This document shows, one piece after another, positions 54,142 to 62,819 of a stretch of 64,000 nt of DNA. The stretch lies in the IMG/VR virus record IMGVR_UViG_3300034156_000107; one strand, 5' to 3'. A program made the position numbers and the translations under genes. The DNA is from a virus. Its lineage: Duplodnaviria; Heunggongvirae; Uroviricota; Caudoviricetes. The notes under the pieces are model-generated. The model searched no databases and was not told the origin of the DNA. It saw nothing but the letters and a program-made list of their open reading frames with translations. Within the stretch, counting starts at the first letter, position 1; each line of letters starts with the position of its first letter.

Positions 54142-54714
54142 ATGGGCGTTGGAAAATATTCCCCAACTGTTAGCCGCTCTTACAGTCAAGACCAAGAATG
54201 GTTTGAGAAAAACGGCGGTGGCTTTGGTAATGGGCTGATGCCAGAATCTCAATTTGATAATCAGGGTTATGATTCGTATGGCTATTCCGGTTATACTGAA
54301 CTTGACCGGGCGGGTTACAGTGAGAATGATTACCTGAATGATTCTTATGGTGATGAACAACGCGGTATCTATGACCGTGTTCGTGATTTGTGGGATCATT
54401 ACAATGTGCCCACCATCCTCGATATGGCGATGATTGTTGCTACAAAAGTTGAAAATGACAAGCTGTTCGCCTTTAACCATGCGAAAATGGTGACGGTCAT
54501 CAATATCTACGAAGCTGCCAGCACAGCCAAGAACCAGCTAGATCAAACCTTCAAAATGGGGGCTGGTGCCGAAGGCAATGACATGTATCAAAAAGAGTTC
54601 AACGAATTTTTCAAGGAAGTCGCCAAAAACATTGCTGAACATAGTGTTTTCTTGGAAGAATTTTACGACAAATTTCTGACTGATTTCGTTCAACTTCAAA
54701 AAGCTTTTAAATAA
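54142..54714 (+). CDS. Gly/Tyr/Asp-rich hypothetical protein (paralogue B)
   Basis: The whole unit (terminator, promoter, RBS, N-terminus MGVGKYSPTVSRSY...) is a diverged tandem duplicate of 53499-54031. Confidence 0.7.
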   Translation: MGVGKYSPTVSRSYSQDQEWFEKNGGGFGNGLMPESQFDNQGYDSYGYSGYTELDRAGYSENDYLNDSYGDEQRGIYDRVRDLWDHYNVPTILDMAMIVATKVENDKLFAFNHAKMVTVINIYEAASTAKNQLDQTFKMGAGAEGNDMYQKEFNEFFKEVAKNIAEHSVFLEEFYDKFLTDFVQLQKAFK

Positions 54715-54787
54715 CAAAAATGTTGAAAATGTTTGTTATGTTTCGCAAACAATGCTATAATCAATTTTCAATTTAAGAGGTGTCACC

Positions 54788-55021
54788 ATGAAAAGCCAAC
54801 TTCAAGAAGACCAAGCAGAATCTCAATCGAACAACACTGTCGAAGCCAAAGCGGTTGCCATGCTGATGGCTCGTAATGAACGTCTCATTTCGCTGTTGGG
54901 TTGCCTTGTTGAAAGTGTGACTGCTGACACGGCAGGTAAAGAAATCAGTGAACAACTGAAAGCTGACCTTGATCTGGCTAACCTGACGCTTGATGAGTAT
55001 GAAAAAACCCCGCTTTATTAA
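54788..55021 (+). CDS. hypothetical protein
   Basis: Promoter caatgctataat and RBS agaggtg. Confidence 0.6.
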   Translation: MKSQLQEDQAESQSNNTVEAKAVAMLMARNERLISLLGCLVESVTADTAGKEISEQLKADLDLANLTLDEYEKTPLY

Positions 55022-55099
55022 TAGATAAAGCTTGTTTTAAAAGGTAATATTTGCTACACTTGCTTTTCACTAATCTAAACTAAATAAGGATACACATCA

Positions 55100-55954
55100 A
55101 TGCTTAAAAAGATTTTTGCTTCTCTTGTTCTTCTGGCATCAGTTGCCCTCAGTGGGTGTTCTGAAACCGTAGACGCTGGTTTTGTTGGTGTTGTTGAAAA
55201 ACATCCCTACGTTGGTCCGGGTGGTGTAGAGAAAGAATTTTACAAAGGTGGTGATCGCTACTATATCTCGCCAACCTCCATCATGCACCGCTATGACATT
55301 AAACCTATTCAGAAAGAAGAAGCGTTTAATGACTTGCCATCCAGTAGTTCAACTCCGGTAGACTTTAAAGCGGTGGTTCGTTATGAACTTATCCCTGAAC
55401 AGGCTTACATTTACCATGAAAAATTTGGTAATGCGATGTATGATAACAACTTGAAGAAAGACTTTCAAAATATGCTACGTGACTTTGCTCGACAGCATAC
55501 AGTGAAACAACTTACTACGGATCAGACTGTCACTGACGCTGGTGAAGATGCTGTCTACAAAAAGATGGTCGATATTGTGGTCACAAAAGGTATTCCAGTG
55601 CGAATTATGGCAGTGACCATCGGGGCGATTATGCCACCCGATGAAGTGCTTGCAGAGACGGCTCGGACAGAAGCACAAGTTCAACGAGCTTTGACAGAAG
55701 ACTCCCGTGCAGACGCCGAAAAGAAACGTAAGCAGGCTGAAACAAACAAAGCTGACGCTGACAATGAATACATGACCAAGATGAAAATGACACCTGAGCA
55801 ATACTTGCGAGGTCGTGAAATTGACAACCAGCGTGAGATTGTTGAAACGGTCAAAAAGAAAGATAACGTCAACATGTTGATTGTCTTGGGTGGTGGTGGT
55901 TCCCTTCCACAAGGGGTAACAGTTCCACAGCCAATCGTTCAACCAAAGCAGTAA
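55100..55954 (+). CDS. lipoprotein with SPFH/band-7 (HflK/C, QmcA-like) domain
   Basis: Lipobox ALSGC. Band-7-like N-terminus TVDAGFVGVVEKHPYVGPGG. Charged coiled-coil stretch (ARTEAQVQRALTEDSRADAEKKRKQAETNK). SPFH-typical tail NMLIVLGGGGSLP. Confidence 0.7.
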   Translation: MLKKIFASLVLLASVALSGCSETVDAGFVGVVEKHPYVGPGGVEKEFYKGGDRYYISPTSIMHRYDIKPIQKEEAFNDLPSSSSTPVDFKAVVRYELIPEQAYIYHEKFGNAMYDNNLKKDFQNMLRDFARQHTVKQLTTDQTVTDAGEDAVYKKMVDIVVTKGIPVRIMAVTIGAIMPPDEVLAETARTEAQVQRALTEDSRADAEKKRKQAETNKADADNEYMTKMKMTPEQYLRGREIDNQREIVETVKKKDNVNMLIVLGGGGSLPQGVTVPQPIVQPKQ

Positions 55955-55968
55955 ATAAGCAATAAGAA

Positions 55969-55994
55969 AAAAGGCCACTAGTTGGCCTTTTTTG
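55969..55994. terminator. bidirectional intrinsic terminator
   Basis: aaaaaaggccactagttggcctttttt, between convergent genes. Confidence 0.7.
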
Positions 55995-56011
55995 TTGTCT
56001 TTAATTAAGTA

Positions 56012-56479
56012 TTAAAGGTTAGGATAGCGGCATATTTTATAGTAGTTATACTTGGTATCAGCTCTATTAAATGATCCTAATACATAAGTGTATTGACCAG
56101 AAACAAATGGAAAATACTTATTTTGTGTGTATACGCTATCAATCAATATGGCATTAGACCATTTGATATATCTAATCATTCCTGTTGGATAAGGTTTTGA
56201 TGTATTAAATGTCATTGCATAGTTAGAACTTTCTGAATAGTTTTGGCATGTATAACCTGCCCTATCTTCGTCCTTTGGTGGCACTGGTGGTTCAGGAATT
56301 ACAGGGACTTCTGGCTCAGGCGGTATTGGTGGTGTTTCTGGATTTGTAGGCGGTTTGATCTTTGAAAATACGATGTCACCTTCATTTAAGTGAGCTTTTG
56401 GATGAATGACCACTTGATAACTTGCATTCGCTATTGTTGTTACAGCCAATAAAGAGGCTATCATTATTATTTTTTTCAT
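56012..56479 (-). CDS. secreted protein (Pro-rich linker, C-terminal YYKICRYP domain)
   Basis: Signal peptide MKKIIMIASLLAVTTIANA. Linker PPIPPEPEVPVIPEPPVPP. C-terminus SGQYTYVLG...YNYYKICRYPNL. Upstream (minus orientation) motif gtattataatatta. Confidence 0.7.
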   Translation of the reverse strand: MKKIIMIASLLAVTTIANASYQVVIHPKAHLNEGDIVFSKIKPPTNPETPPIPPEPEVPVIPEPPVPPKDEDRAGYTCQNYSESSNYAMTFNTSKPYPTGMIRYIKWSNAILIDSVYTQNKYFPFVSGQYTYVLGSFNRADTKYNYYKICRYPNL

Positions 56480-56498
56480 ATTTTATTTTTATTGTTCT

Positions 56499-56512
56499 TA
56501 ATATTATAATAC
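56499..56512 (-). promoter_or_regulatory. TATTATAATATTA upstream motif (secreted-gene class), minus orientation
   Basis: The reverse complement reads gtattataatatta, about 33 nt upstream of the minus-strand ATG. Confidence 0.3.
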
Positions 56513-56629
56513 ATCTGTTTAATAAAAAAACAACATAGCCAGTAATTACGGAAGTTTTTCTAAAAAAATATTGTCATTTTTCAGTTTTTGTTGTATAATT
56601 ATTCCACACTTATGTTGAGAGGATTTACC

Positions 56630-56884
56630 ATGACTACCGTTCAAACTCCAAAAGAAAGCGTGATTGAAGAAGCTACTGACATGATCGACCGTGTTCTGGC
56701 TGACGCTCGGGCTAAACTGCTGAAAGCGGTTGAATGTGGTGCCCTGAACATCACCGAAGATACATCGACACACATTGCTCTTGGTAAAGTTGTTGCCAAA
56801 GCTGTTTTGCTGGATGCTATCGACAATCAGTTGACTTTGGGTAGCCGTGATAAAGAAGTGAAGAACCTTCGCAGCCAGATTTAA
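56630..56884 (+). CDS. hypothetical protein
   Basis: Promoter ttgttgtataat and RBS gagagga. ATG at 56630 in frame with track ORF 56588. Terminator at 56903-56932. Confidence 0.6.
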   Translation: MTTVQTPKESVIEEATDMIDRVLADARAKLLKAVECGALNITEDTSTHIALGKVVAKAVLLDAIDNQLTLGSRDKEVKNLRSQI

Positions 56885-57011
56885 GCAGTAGCGACGTTCA
56901 AAAAAGCAGGCTTTCGGGGCTGCTTTTTTTTGACTTAAAATAAGATAAATGTTGTTTTTGTTTTTCATCCTTGTTATAATTGCTCCATCAAAACCAAAGG
57001 GGTTTACCATC

Positions 57012-57290
57012 ATGTCTATCACTACTGTAACCGTCACTTTTAAAGTCGATACTGTTCTTCGTGACGATACCACTGACTTCTTTCATTTGGACGCTGAAAT
57101 CCATCATAAGAATGTTTATGAGTTTCAGGTGCTGAGCTATGACAAAGACCGTAAACTGTGTGTGGCGGAACTCTACTTGCACAGTGCAGTAGACGAAAGC
57201 AAACTGCCAACCCTTTTCGATGGTTCCCGACTGTCGGTTAGCGTGGATTGCCGCGAAGTTGAATACTCAGGTTTGACGATTGCTGCATAA
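57012..57290 (+). CDS. hypothetical protein
   Basis: Promoter ccttgttataat preceded by aaatgttgtttttgttttt. RBS aaagggg. Confidence 0.6.
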   Translation: MSITTVTVTFKVDTVLRDDTTDFFHLDAEIHHKNVYEFQVLSYDKDRKLCVAELYLHSAVDESKLPTLFDGSRLSVSVDCREVEYSGLTIAA

Positions 57291-57355
57291 GGTCAACAAG
57301 GTTATTAATCAGCAGTCCTTCTGGGCTGCTTTTTCTTTTTTTAAGGAGTTCACAG

Positions 57356-57538
57356 ATGTTAAAAGAAGATCTTTATCACTGGCAAGACACCCCAGAAGAA
57401 ATGCAAAAATGCGACGAAGTATTCGAAAAATTTAACGCGGCTGGTTTGCTGGATGATTTGAAATACATCATTGATAAACGCATGGCAGACGCCCGTTCAG
57501 AAGAAGCGTATAATAATGCGAATTTTTCCGAAACGTAA
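57356..57538 (+). CDS. hypothetical protein
   Basis: RBS aaggag; 60 aa. Confidence 0.5.
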   Translation: MLKEDLYHWQDTPEEMQKCDEVFEKFNAAGLLDDLKYIIDKRMADARSEEAYNNANFSET

Positions 57539-57653
57539 CAAGCAATCATCTTCAAGAAATTTGTAGATATTTTTCAATAATCTGTTTTTTGACTTGCCTT
57601 CACTGCTGTATTTCGATATAATAGCCCAACTCAAACCAGTAGAGATTTGAACC

Positions 57654-58775
57654 ATGTCCAGCATCTTCCCGCGTATTGAAACCCTTGATGATATGCTTCC
57701 TCACATCAAAGACCGTGCCTATATTTCTGTTAATAAACAGGATAACGGTGCCAACATCGTTTGCTATAACATCAGCAACGGCGACTCTTTCAACACTCCG
57801 GTTGAAAAGGAAGCTCGCGGTATTACCTTTGACGACAACGGTAAAATCCTGTCGCGTCCATTGCACAAATTCTTCAACTTGGCAGAGCGTGCAGAAGTCC
57901 AACCAGCCGTTTTGGATTGGAACACGATGGTCGCCGGGTTTGATAAAATGGATGGCTCCATGATTACCACAGGGCTGTTCAACGGCGAATTTTTTGCTAA
58001 GTCCAAGAAGTCTTTCAAATCGGATGTGGCTGTTTCTGCAGAAAGTTTTGTGTCTCGTAACCAGAAATACTACGAGTTCACCAAATATTGCTCTCAGGCC
58101 CAACTGACCCCTATTTTTGAATTCACTTCGCCAAAACATCGTATCGTTTTGCGTTATGACGAAGACAACATGACACTTCTTCATGTTCGTCACAACATCA
58201 CAGGCGATTACTTAATGCCTGCTGACAAAGACCAACTGGCGTTGTTGTTTGATATTCCTGTTAACAAGCCACTGTTTGGTGAAGAATTTGATTTGGCTGC
58301 TTTATTGAAGTCGCTGAACACTGTTGAAGGGATTGAAGGCTACGTTATTCAGTTCGTTAACGGTAACATGATCAAAATCAAAACCAAATGGTATATGAAC
58401 CTCCATCATGCGGTTAGCTTTGTTCGTGAACGTGATATTGCTCGGTTGGTGGTTGAAGAAAAACTTGATGATTATATCGCTTATTTGTCGCTGAACTCGC
58501 CAACGGCTGATTTGAGTGAGATTTATCGAATCAATGACGCTATCAAAGCTTCGATTGAAGCGTTGTCGAAAGAAGTTGATGATATTGCTGCTGAATTCCA
58601 AGGTGTTGATGTGAAAACTGCAGCAATTCAGCTTAAAGGCCATAAACACTTTGGTTTTGTTATGGGTGCAATTCGTGGTCACAAAAACGACTACCTGTAT
58701 CACTACTCTAAAAACCATCTGGTGGATTGGTCGTTGGAACAAATTGAGCTTGGCGACTTGTCAGCTCCGGTTTAA
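57654..58775 (+). CDS. RNA ligase, T4 Rnl1 family (paralogue A)
   Basis: Nucleotidyltransferase motif I FDKMDGSM (KxDG), motif IV EGIEGYVIQF and motif V MIKIKTKWY. N-terminus YNISNG...ARGITF...PLHKFFNL parallels T4 Rnl1 YRIFSYNY...CRGIMF...PMEKFFNL. Promoter atttcgatataat. Confidence 0.8.
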   Translation: MSSIFPRIETLDDMLPHIKDRAYISVNKQDNGANIVCYNISNGDSFNTPVEKEARGITFDDNGKILSRPLHKFFNLAERAEVQPAVLDWNTMVAGFDKMDGSMITTGLFNGEFFAKSKKSFKSDVAVSAESFVSRNQKYYEFTKYCSQAQLTPIFEFTSPKHRIVLRYDEDNMTLLHVRHNITGDYLMPADKDQLALLFDIPVNKPLFGEEFDLAALLKSLNTVEGIEGYVIQFVNGNMIKIKTKWYMNLHHAVSFVRERDIARLVVEEKLDDYIAYLSLNSPTADLSEIYRINDAIKASIEALSKEVDDIAAEFQGVDVKTAAIQLKGHKHFGFVMGAIRGHKNDYLYHYSKNHLVDWSLEQIELGDLSAPV

Positions 58776-58792
58776 ATCAGTATGAAGAAAGA

Positions 58793-58818
58793 AGCCCTGC
58801 ACTTGCGGGGCTTTTTAA
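58793..58818 (+). terminator. intrinsic terminator
   Basis: gaagccctgcacttgcggggctttttaat. Confidence 0.6.
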
Positions 58819-58892
58819 TAATAATCTATTTTTTGGTTGTTAATATTTAGTGTTTGATGTATAATCAATCCATCAAAACAGAGGTTTATCTC

Positions 58893-59276
58893 ATGACAAC
58901 CATCCGCGATAAAGCAGCTAACGTAGACATCACCAGCAAAGGCTTTCTTGATTTTACTGCCCCATTCCGAAAAGGTCAGCATTCTGTTATTTGCTGGTCT
59001 TTGGTCGAAGATGGTTCTTGTGGCATAGAGGAAACCATTGCTTGTCCACCTAATTTTCAACTGGTGGCTATGATGTTTCCAGACGTTTCGGCTGTTGTTA
59101 TGATGGATCTGGCTCAAAAACTGCGTAGCTTGTTCAACTCTTGGTGGATAACCGAAGAACCCGAAGCGTATGCAGAGCCGCCACGGAATTATTCGCGTTT
59201 TTCTGCCACCATTGAATACACTCGTCTTTATGCTTTCTATCTTGAACAGAAAAAAGCGATGGACGCAAAAGCGTAA
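58893..59276 (+). CDS. hypothetical protein between the two ligase genes
   Basis: Promoter gatgtataat and RBS agaggtt; start moved to ATG 58893. Confidence 0.65.
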   Translation: MTTIRDKAANVDITSKGFLDFTAPFRKGQHSVICWSLVEDGSCGIEETIACPPNFQLVAMMFPDVSAVVMMDLAQKLRSLFNSWWITEEPEAYAEPPRNYSRFSATIEYTRLYAFYLEQKKAMDAKA

Positions 59277-59367
59277 ATATCACAAGAAAAGGCAGTCTTT
59301 GACTGTCTTTTTCGTTGTTTGAAAACAATATTTCATGTATAATCCACTGATTAACCCAGAGGTTTCT

Positions 59368-59685
59368 ATGACTAAATTTCGAATTTCCTATGACCTAACG
59401 AATGGTGTTGCAACCCCAGATGGATTATGTGTCAGTCTGGTGGATGAACTGATTTCTTTGCGTCATCTTGGCGATGTGAGCTACACGACTTCGACGGTCA
59501 GTGTCATCACGGCATTCCGGTTGGCTGCGGCTGAAAAGAAAATCAGCGTTGACGATATTGTCTTTGTTTTTGATGGGGCTGATGTCACAATGGACAACAA
59601 ATTTGAACTGTCGGCTTGGCCTAAACAGGGCGACATTCAAGGCAACATGCTTGGAAAAATCATGCAAGCACGAAAAAAAGTTTGA
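59368..59685 (+). CDS. hypothetical protein between the two ligase genes
   Basis: Promoter catgtataat and RBS agaggtt; start moved to ATG 59368. Confidence 0.6.
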   Translation: MTKFRISYDLTNGVATPDGLCVSLVDELISLRHLGDVSYTTSTVSVITAFRLAAAEKKISVDDIVFVFDGADVTMDNKFELSAWPKQGDIQGNMLGKIMQARKKV

Positions 59686-59741
59686 ATTAAAAATCAGTTT
59701 TTGATATAATCAATTCAGACAATTTAATCGTGGAGATTCAC

Positions 59742-60863
59742 ATGACTTATCAACAAGAACTGTATGCCCAACTGATGAACCTGTTGGTGACGAATCCGGG
59801 GTCGTTCAAATACCGTGATGAAACCTCGGCAGTAGACGGCGGGACTTACCGTGTCTTCAACTATGACATTCCAAAGCACTCCGAATTCAAACTTCCGGGT
59901 GCTAAGGATTGCCGTGGGGTCATGTTCTACATGGGCGGTGATGATCCAGTGCTGGTTGCATTGCCTATGCAGAAATTTTTCTCGCTCGGTGAAACCCCAG
60001 AGACTCAAAAGATCAAGCCAGAAGAAGCGGATCATGCTTACTTGAAGCCGGACGGTTCCTTGCTGACCAGCTATATCTCGCCGGTTAACAATACGCTTTA
60101 CTACAAGAGCAAAAAGAAGCCAACTTTTGCCGATTATGACCTTGTTGAGAAGTCTATCAGCCCTGAGTTGCACGCTGACATTGAGCGTCTGACCCGCACA
60201 GGTATTTCTGTTGACTTGGAATTGACCACGCCCAAAAACCGCGTGTTCATTGAATACACTGATTACGCTGTTCATATCCTAAAAGCCCGTGATATGAGCA
60301 CTGGTGCTTATGTTGATATTCGTTCGGCTGAATTCGCTGCCAAATACCCGGTTATTGCGGCCCATTTGGTGAAACGTATCCCTATCAATGAACTCAACGT
60401 CAATGACCCTGAGATTGAGGGTTATGTGGTTGAATTTGGCACTGACATGTATAAGGTGAAGACAATTCCTTACCTGAAAATGTCGGCAGTTGTCAACATT
60501 CAGGATCGGTCGAAGGAACGTCAGGTTATTTATGAAGCAACCCTTCACGAAATTCTGGATGAAATCCGTTCGTTGTATCACTACCGGACGCACAGCGACA
60601 ACTTCCCACTGGCTGAAATTCTGGCTCGCTTGGATGAAGTAGAAGACTATGCACGTAAAAGCTACCATTACCTTGTTCGCACGGTCGATAGCTTCCACAA
60701 TGAGCATAAAGGTCTGGAACGTGGCGATTACGCTCGTAAAGCCAAAGAAGTGGCTCCATTGCTTCTGTCGGTGTTGATGAGCAAGTTTTCGGGTGATGAG
60801 ATTGATTACAAACAAGCTGCTATCATGGTATTTGCTCGTAAACAAGTGCCTATTCCCGAGTAA
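59742..60863 (+). CDS. rnlA: RNA ligase, T4 Rnl1 family (paralogue B, closer to T4 Rnl1)
   Basis: TYRVFNYDIP...CRGVMFYMGGD...PMQKFFSLGE...YLKPDGSLLTSY...EGYVVEFGTDMYKVKT mirrors T4 Rnl1 TYRIFSYNYA...CRGIMFEMDGE...PMEKFFNLNE...LTKEDGSLVSTY...EGYVAVMKDGSHFKIKS. Promoter gatataat and RBS tggag. Confidence 0.9.
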   Translation: MTYQQELYAQLMNLLVTNPGSFKYRDETSAVDGGTYRVFNYDIPKHSEFKLPGAKDCRGVMFYMGGDDPVLVALPMQKFFSLGETPETQKIKPEEADHAYLKPDGSLLTSYISPVNNTLYYKSKKKPTFADYDLVEKSISPELHADIERLTRTGISVDLELTTPKNRVFIEYTDYAVHILKARDMSTGAYVDIRSAEFAAKYPVIAAHLVKRIPINELNVNDPEIEGYVVEFGTDMYKVKTIPYLKMSAVVNIQDRSKERQVIYEATLHEILDEIRSLYHYRTHSDNFPLAEILARLDEVEDYARKSYHYLVRTVDSFHNEHKGLERGDYARKAKEVAPLLLSVLMSKFSGDEIDYKQAAIMVFARKQVPIPE

Positions 60864-60879
60864 GTGACTGTTTAATAAA

Positions 60880-60908
60880 ACGGCCCTAGTCTTCTAGGGC
60901 TTTTTTAT
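60880..60908 (+). terminator. intrinsic terminator
   Basis: cggccctagtcttctagggcttttttatt. Confidence 0.75.
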
Positions 60909-60992
60909 TTCTATTCAAAAATAGCTTTACGAAAATTATGTTTTTTGCTATAATTCAACTGTTGAAACATACATACTACTCAGGAGCTGAAA

Positions 60993-61280
60993 ATGCCATT
61001 CACTGCAAGCATTGTTAACCGTCATGGTTACGCCCATGCTTTCTGCAAATCCAGCCACGGCCATTACTACATGGGTGGCCCGAAAACTGCAGAAGTGGTT
61101 TTTCAAACGGTAAAAGAGTTCAATGATTTTGTTGAACATCTGGAACATTTGACGGTTGAAGACCCGCGTGTTTCTCAGTATGACCTTGATGTGTTTGGTT
61201 TTGTTAAAGGTCGTGTTCAATTTGATTTGATTACACCGAAAACCGCTAGACCACCAGCACCCATTCATAAACTTAAATAA
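60993..61280 (+). CDS. hypothetical protein
   Basis: Promoter tttttgctataat and RBS aggag; 95 aa. Confidence 0.65.
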   Translation: MPFTASIVNRHGYAHAFCKSSHGHYYMGGPKTAEVVFQTVKEFNDFVEHLEHLTVEDPRVSQYDLDVFGFVKGRVQFDLITPKTARPPAPIHKLK

Positions 61281-61293
61281 TATTGGAGTTGTC

Positions 61294-61605
61294 ATGAAAA
61301 AATTACTGTGCTTTTTGGCTGTACCCTTTTTGCTAACAGGTTGTTTGGATGAATTAAAAACGTCCGAAGCTTCACAGGTAAGCACTGCGAATACAATCAA
61401 GTATCAAAAGGAAATTGATATTGCTCGGGATAACGGCCCGCAAGATATTGTTTGTAGCTCAGGTGGTGTTGTTACCTATAAGCACGAAAATGTTATCTTG
61501 TATCGTAGCATTTATTCAGATACTAGAAACATTGATGTCTATGAACAAGACACTACTGAGAAAGTTGTTGTTTCTGGGGACTGCACCATTCGCCCACATA
61601 AGTAA
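61294..61605 (+). CDS. lipoprotein (tandem paralogue 1)
   Basis: Lipobox LLTGC; RBS ttggag. Confidence 0.7.
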   Translation: MKKLLCFLAVPFLLTGCLDELKTSEASQVSTANTIKYQKEIDIARDNGPQDIVCSSGGVVTYKHENVILYRSIYSDTRNIDVYEQDTTEKVVVSGDCTIRPHK

Positions 61606-61646
61606 CACATATTTTCGTTTATTTAGAACAAATTATTGGAGACTTT

Positions 61647-61940
61647 ATGAAAAAAATATTAGTTGGATTAGCTCTTTCATTGGCACTGTCAGGTTGTGAT
61701 CGTGTACAACCCGCTGCTGTAGATCCTCAAAACAGGGTTATCAGTTATGAACGCGAATATGGCCCGAAAGATATCATTTGCCATTCTGGTTCAGTGGTGA
61801 CTTATGATCACAAAAATGTCATTATTTATCAAAATATTCAGCATAATTCTACCATTCTCGATGTTTATGAGAATGATACTCATGAAAAGATTGGTTTGCC
61901 AGTGGCTCAATGTATTTGGCGACCTCACAAGCAAAGTTAA
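61647..61940 (+). CDS. lipoprotein (tandem paralogue 2)
   Basis: Lipobox ALSGC. Shared core GP(Q/K)DI(V/I)C(S/H)SG(G/S)VVTY.H(E/K)NVI(L/I)Y...DVYE(Q/N)DT.EK. RBS ttggag. Terminator at 61948-61973. Confidence 0.7.
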   Translation: MKKILVGLALSLALSGCDRVQPAAVDPQNRVISYEREYGPKDIICHSGSVVTYDHKNVIIYQNIQHNSTILDVYENDTHEKIGLPVAQCIWRPHKQS

Positions 61941-62034
61941 CTGTTGAAAAAGCCGCTTTCGAGCGGTTTTTTGTTGTCTAATTGTTGATAAATCTGTATA
62001 ATAACGATATAGATAAATCCATGAGGCTACGCGA

Positions 62035-62712
62035 ATGAAACTGACTCACGCTGAAATCATTGTTAAACGCATCATGTTGACTAGTCCGCTTACGTCAAAA
62101 AGTCGTTTGTCCGTATTGTCTCATATTCTTTTGCGTGAGCCTTTCGCACAGTGGGGTGCTGATGGGTGTGTTCATATTCACAAAGTAAAAGACACCAATC
62201 CTCGAAAAGCAGTCATGTCCATGCCGGATCATTTGGTGAAACCGCTTGACATTGACAAGGAAATTCAGAAAATGATGCCTGATTACTATGAGGCTCGATT
62301 GGTAGAGCGTGAACTTGAAATCATGCAATATGCCTTCATGGAAAAGAACATTGATATTTATGCCAAAAAGAACCTGTCGCATCAACCCGGATTGAAAGCA
62401 GAAGTATTGACTGCCAATGCCAGCAATGCTCTCATTTTTAGTATCCCTGACAATGTTGAAGCCAGTTGGAAAAAAGCTGCTCTGGAAGTGGTTGACGCTA
62501 TTATCTTGGCGTTGCGGGAAGAAAAATTTATTACTCGCAACCTTAAAGGTGAAAAAAATGACCCGTTGAAAGCTGAAAACTGGCGAATGGGGTATTGGGC
62601 TAGCATGTATGAAAAATTTCACAACGTTCGTGAAAAACTTTCTCTACCTGTGTCTAATCGTGCAGTTCTCGATATATCGGCAATGTGGGATTCGGTTGTG
62701 AATCCGAAATAA
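62035..62712 (+). CDS. hypothetical protein
   Basis: Promoter aatctgtataat and RBS gagg. Terminator at 62732-62757. Confidence 0.7.
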   Translation: MKLTHAEIIVKRIMLTSPLTSKSRLSVLSHILLREPFAQWGADGCVHIHKVKDTNPRKAVMSMPDHLVKPLDIDKEIQKMMPDYYEARLVERELEIMQYAFMEKNIDIYAKKNLSHQPGLKAEVLTANASNALIFSIPDNVEASWKKAALEVVDAIILALREEKFITRNLKGEKNDPLKAENWRMGYWASMYEKFHNVREKLSLPVSNRAVLDISAMWDSVVNPK

Positions 62713-62819
62713 AAACAGTTCAAACCATTAAAAGACCGCTTTCGAGTGGTTTTTTTATTGTGAAAAACTCATATTTGTTGTATAATAGCCTCATCTTAAC
62801 TCGAACAGGTAAATGAAAA

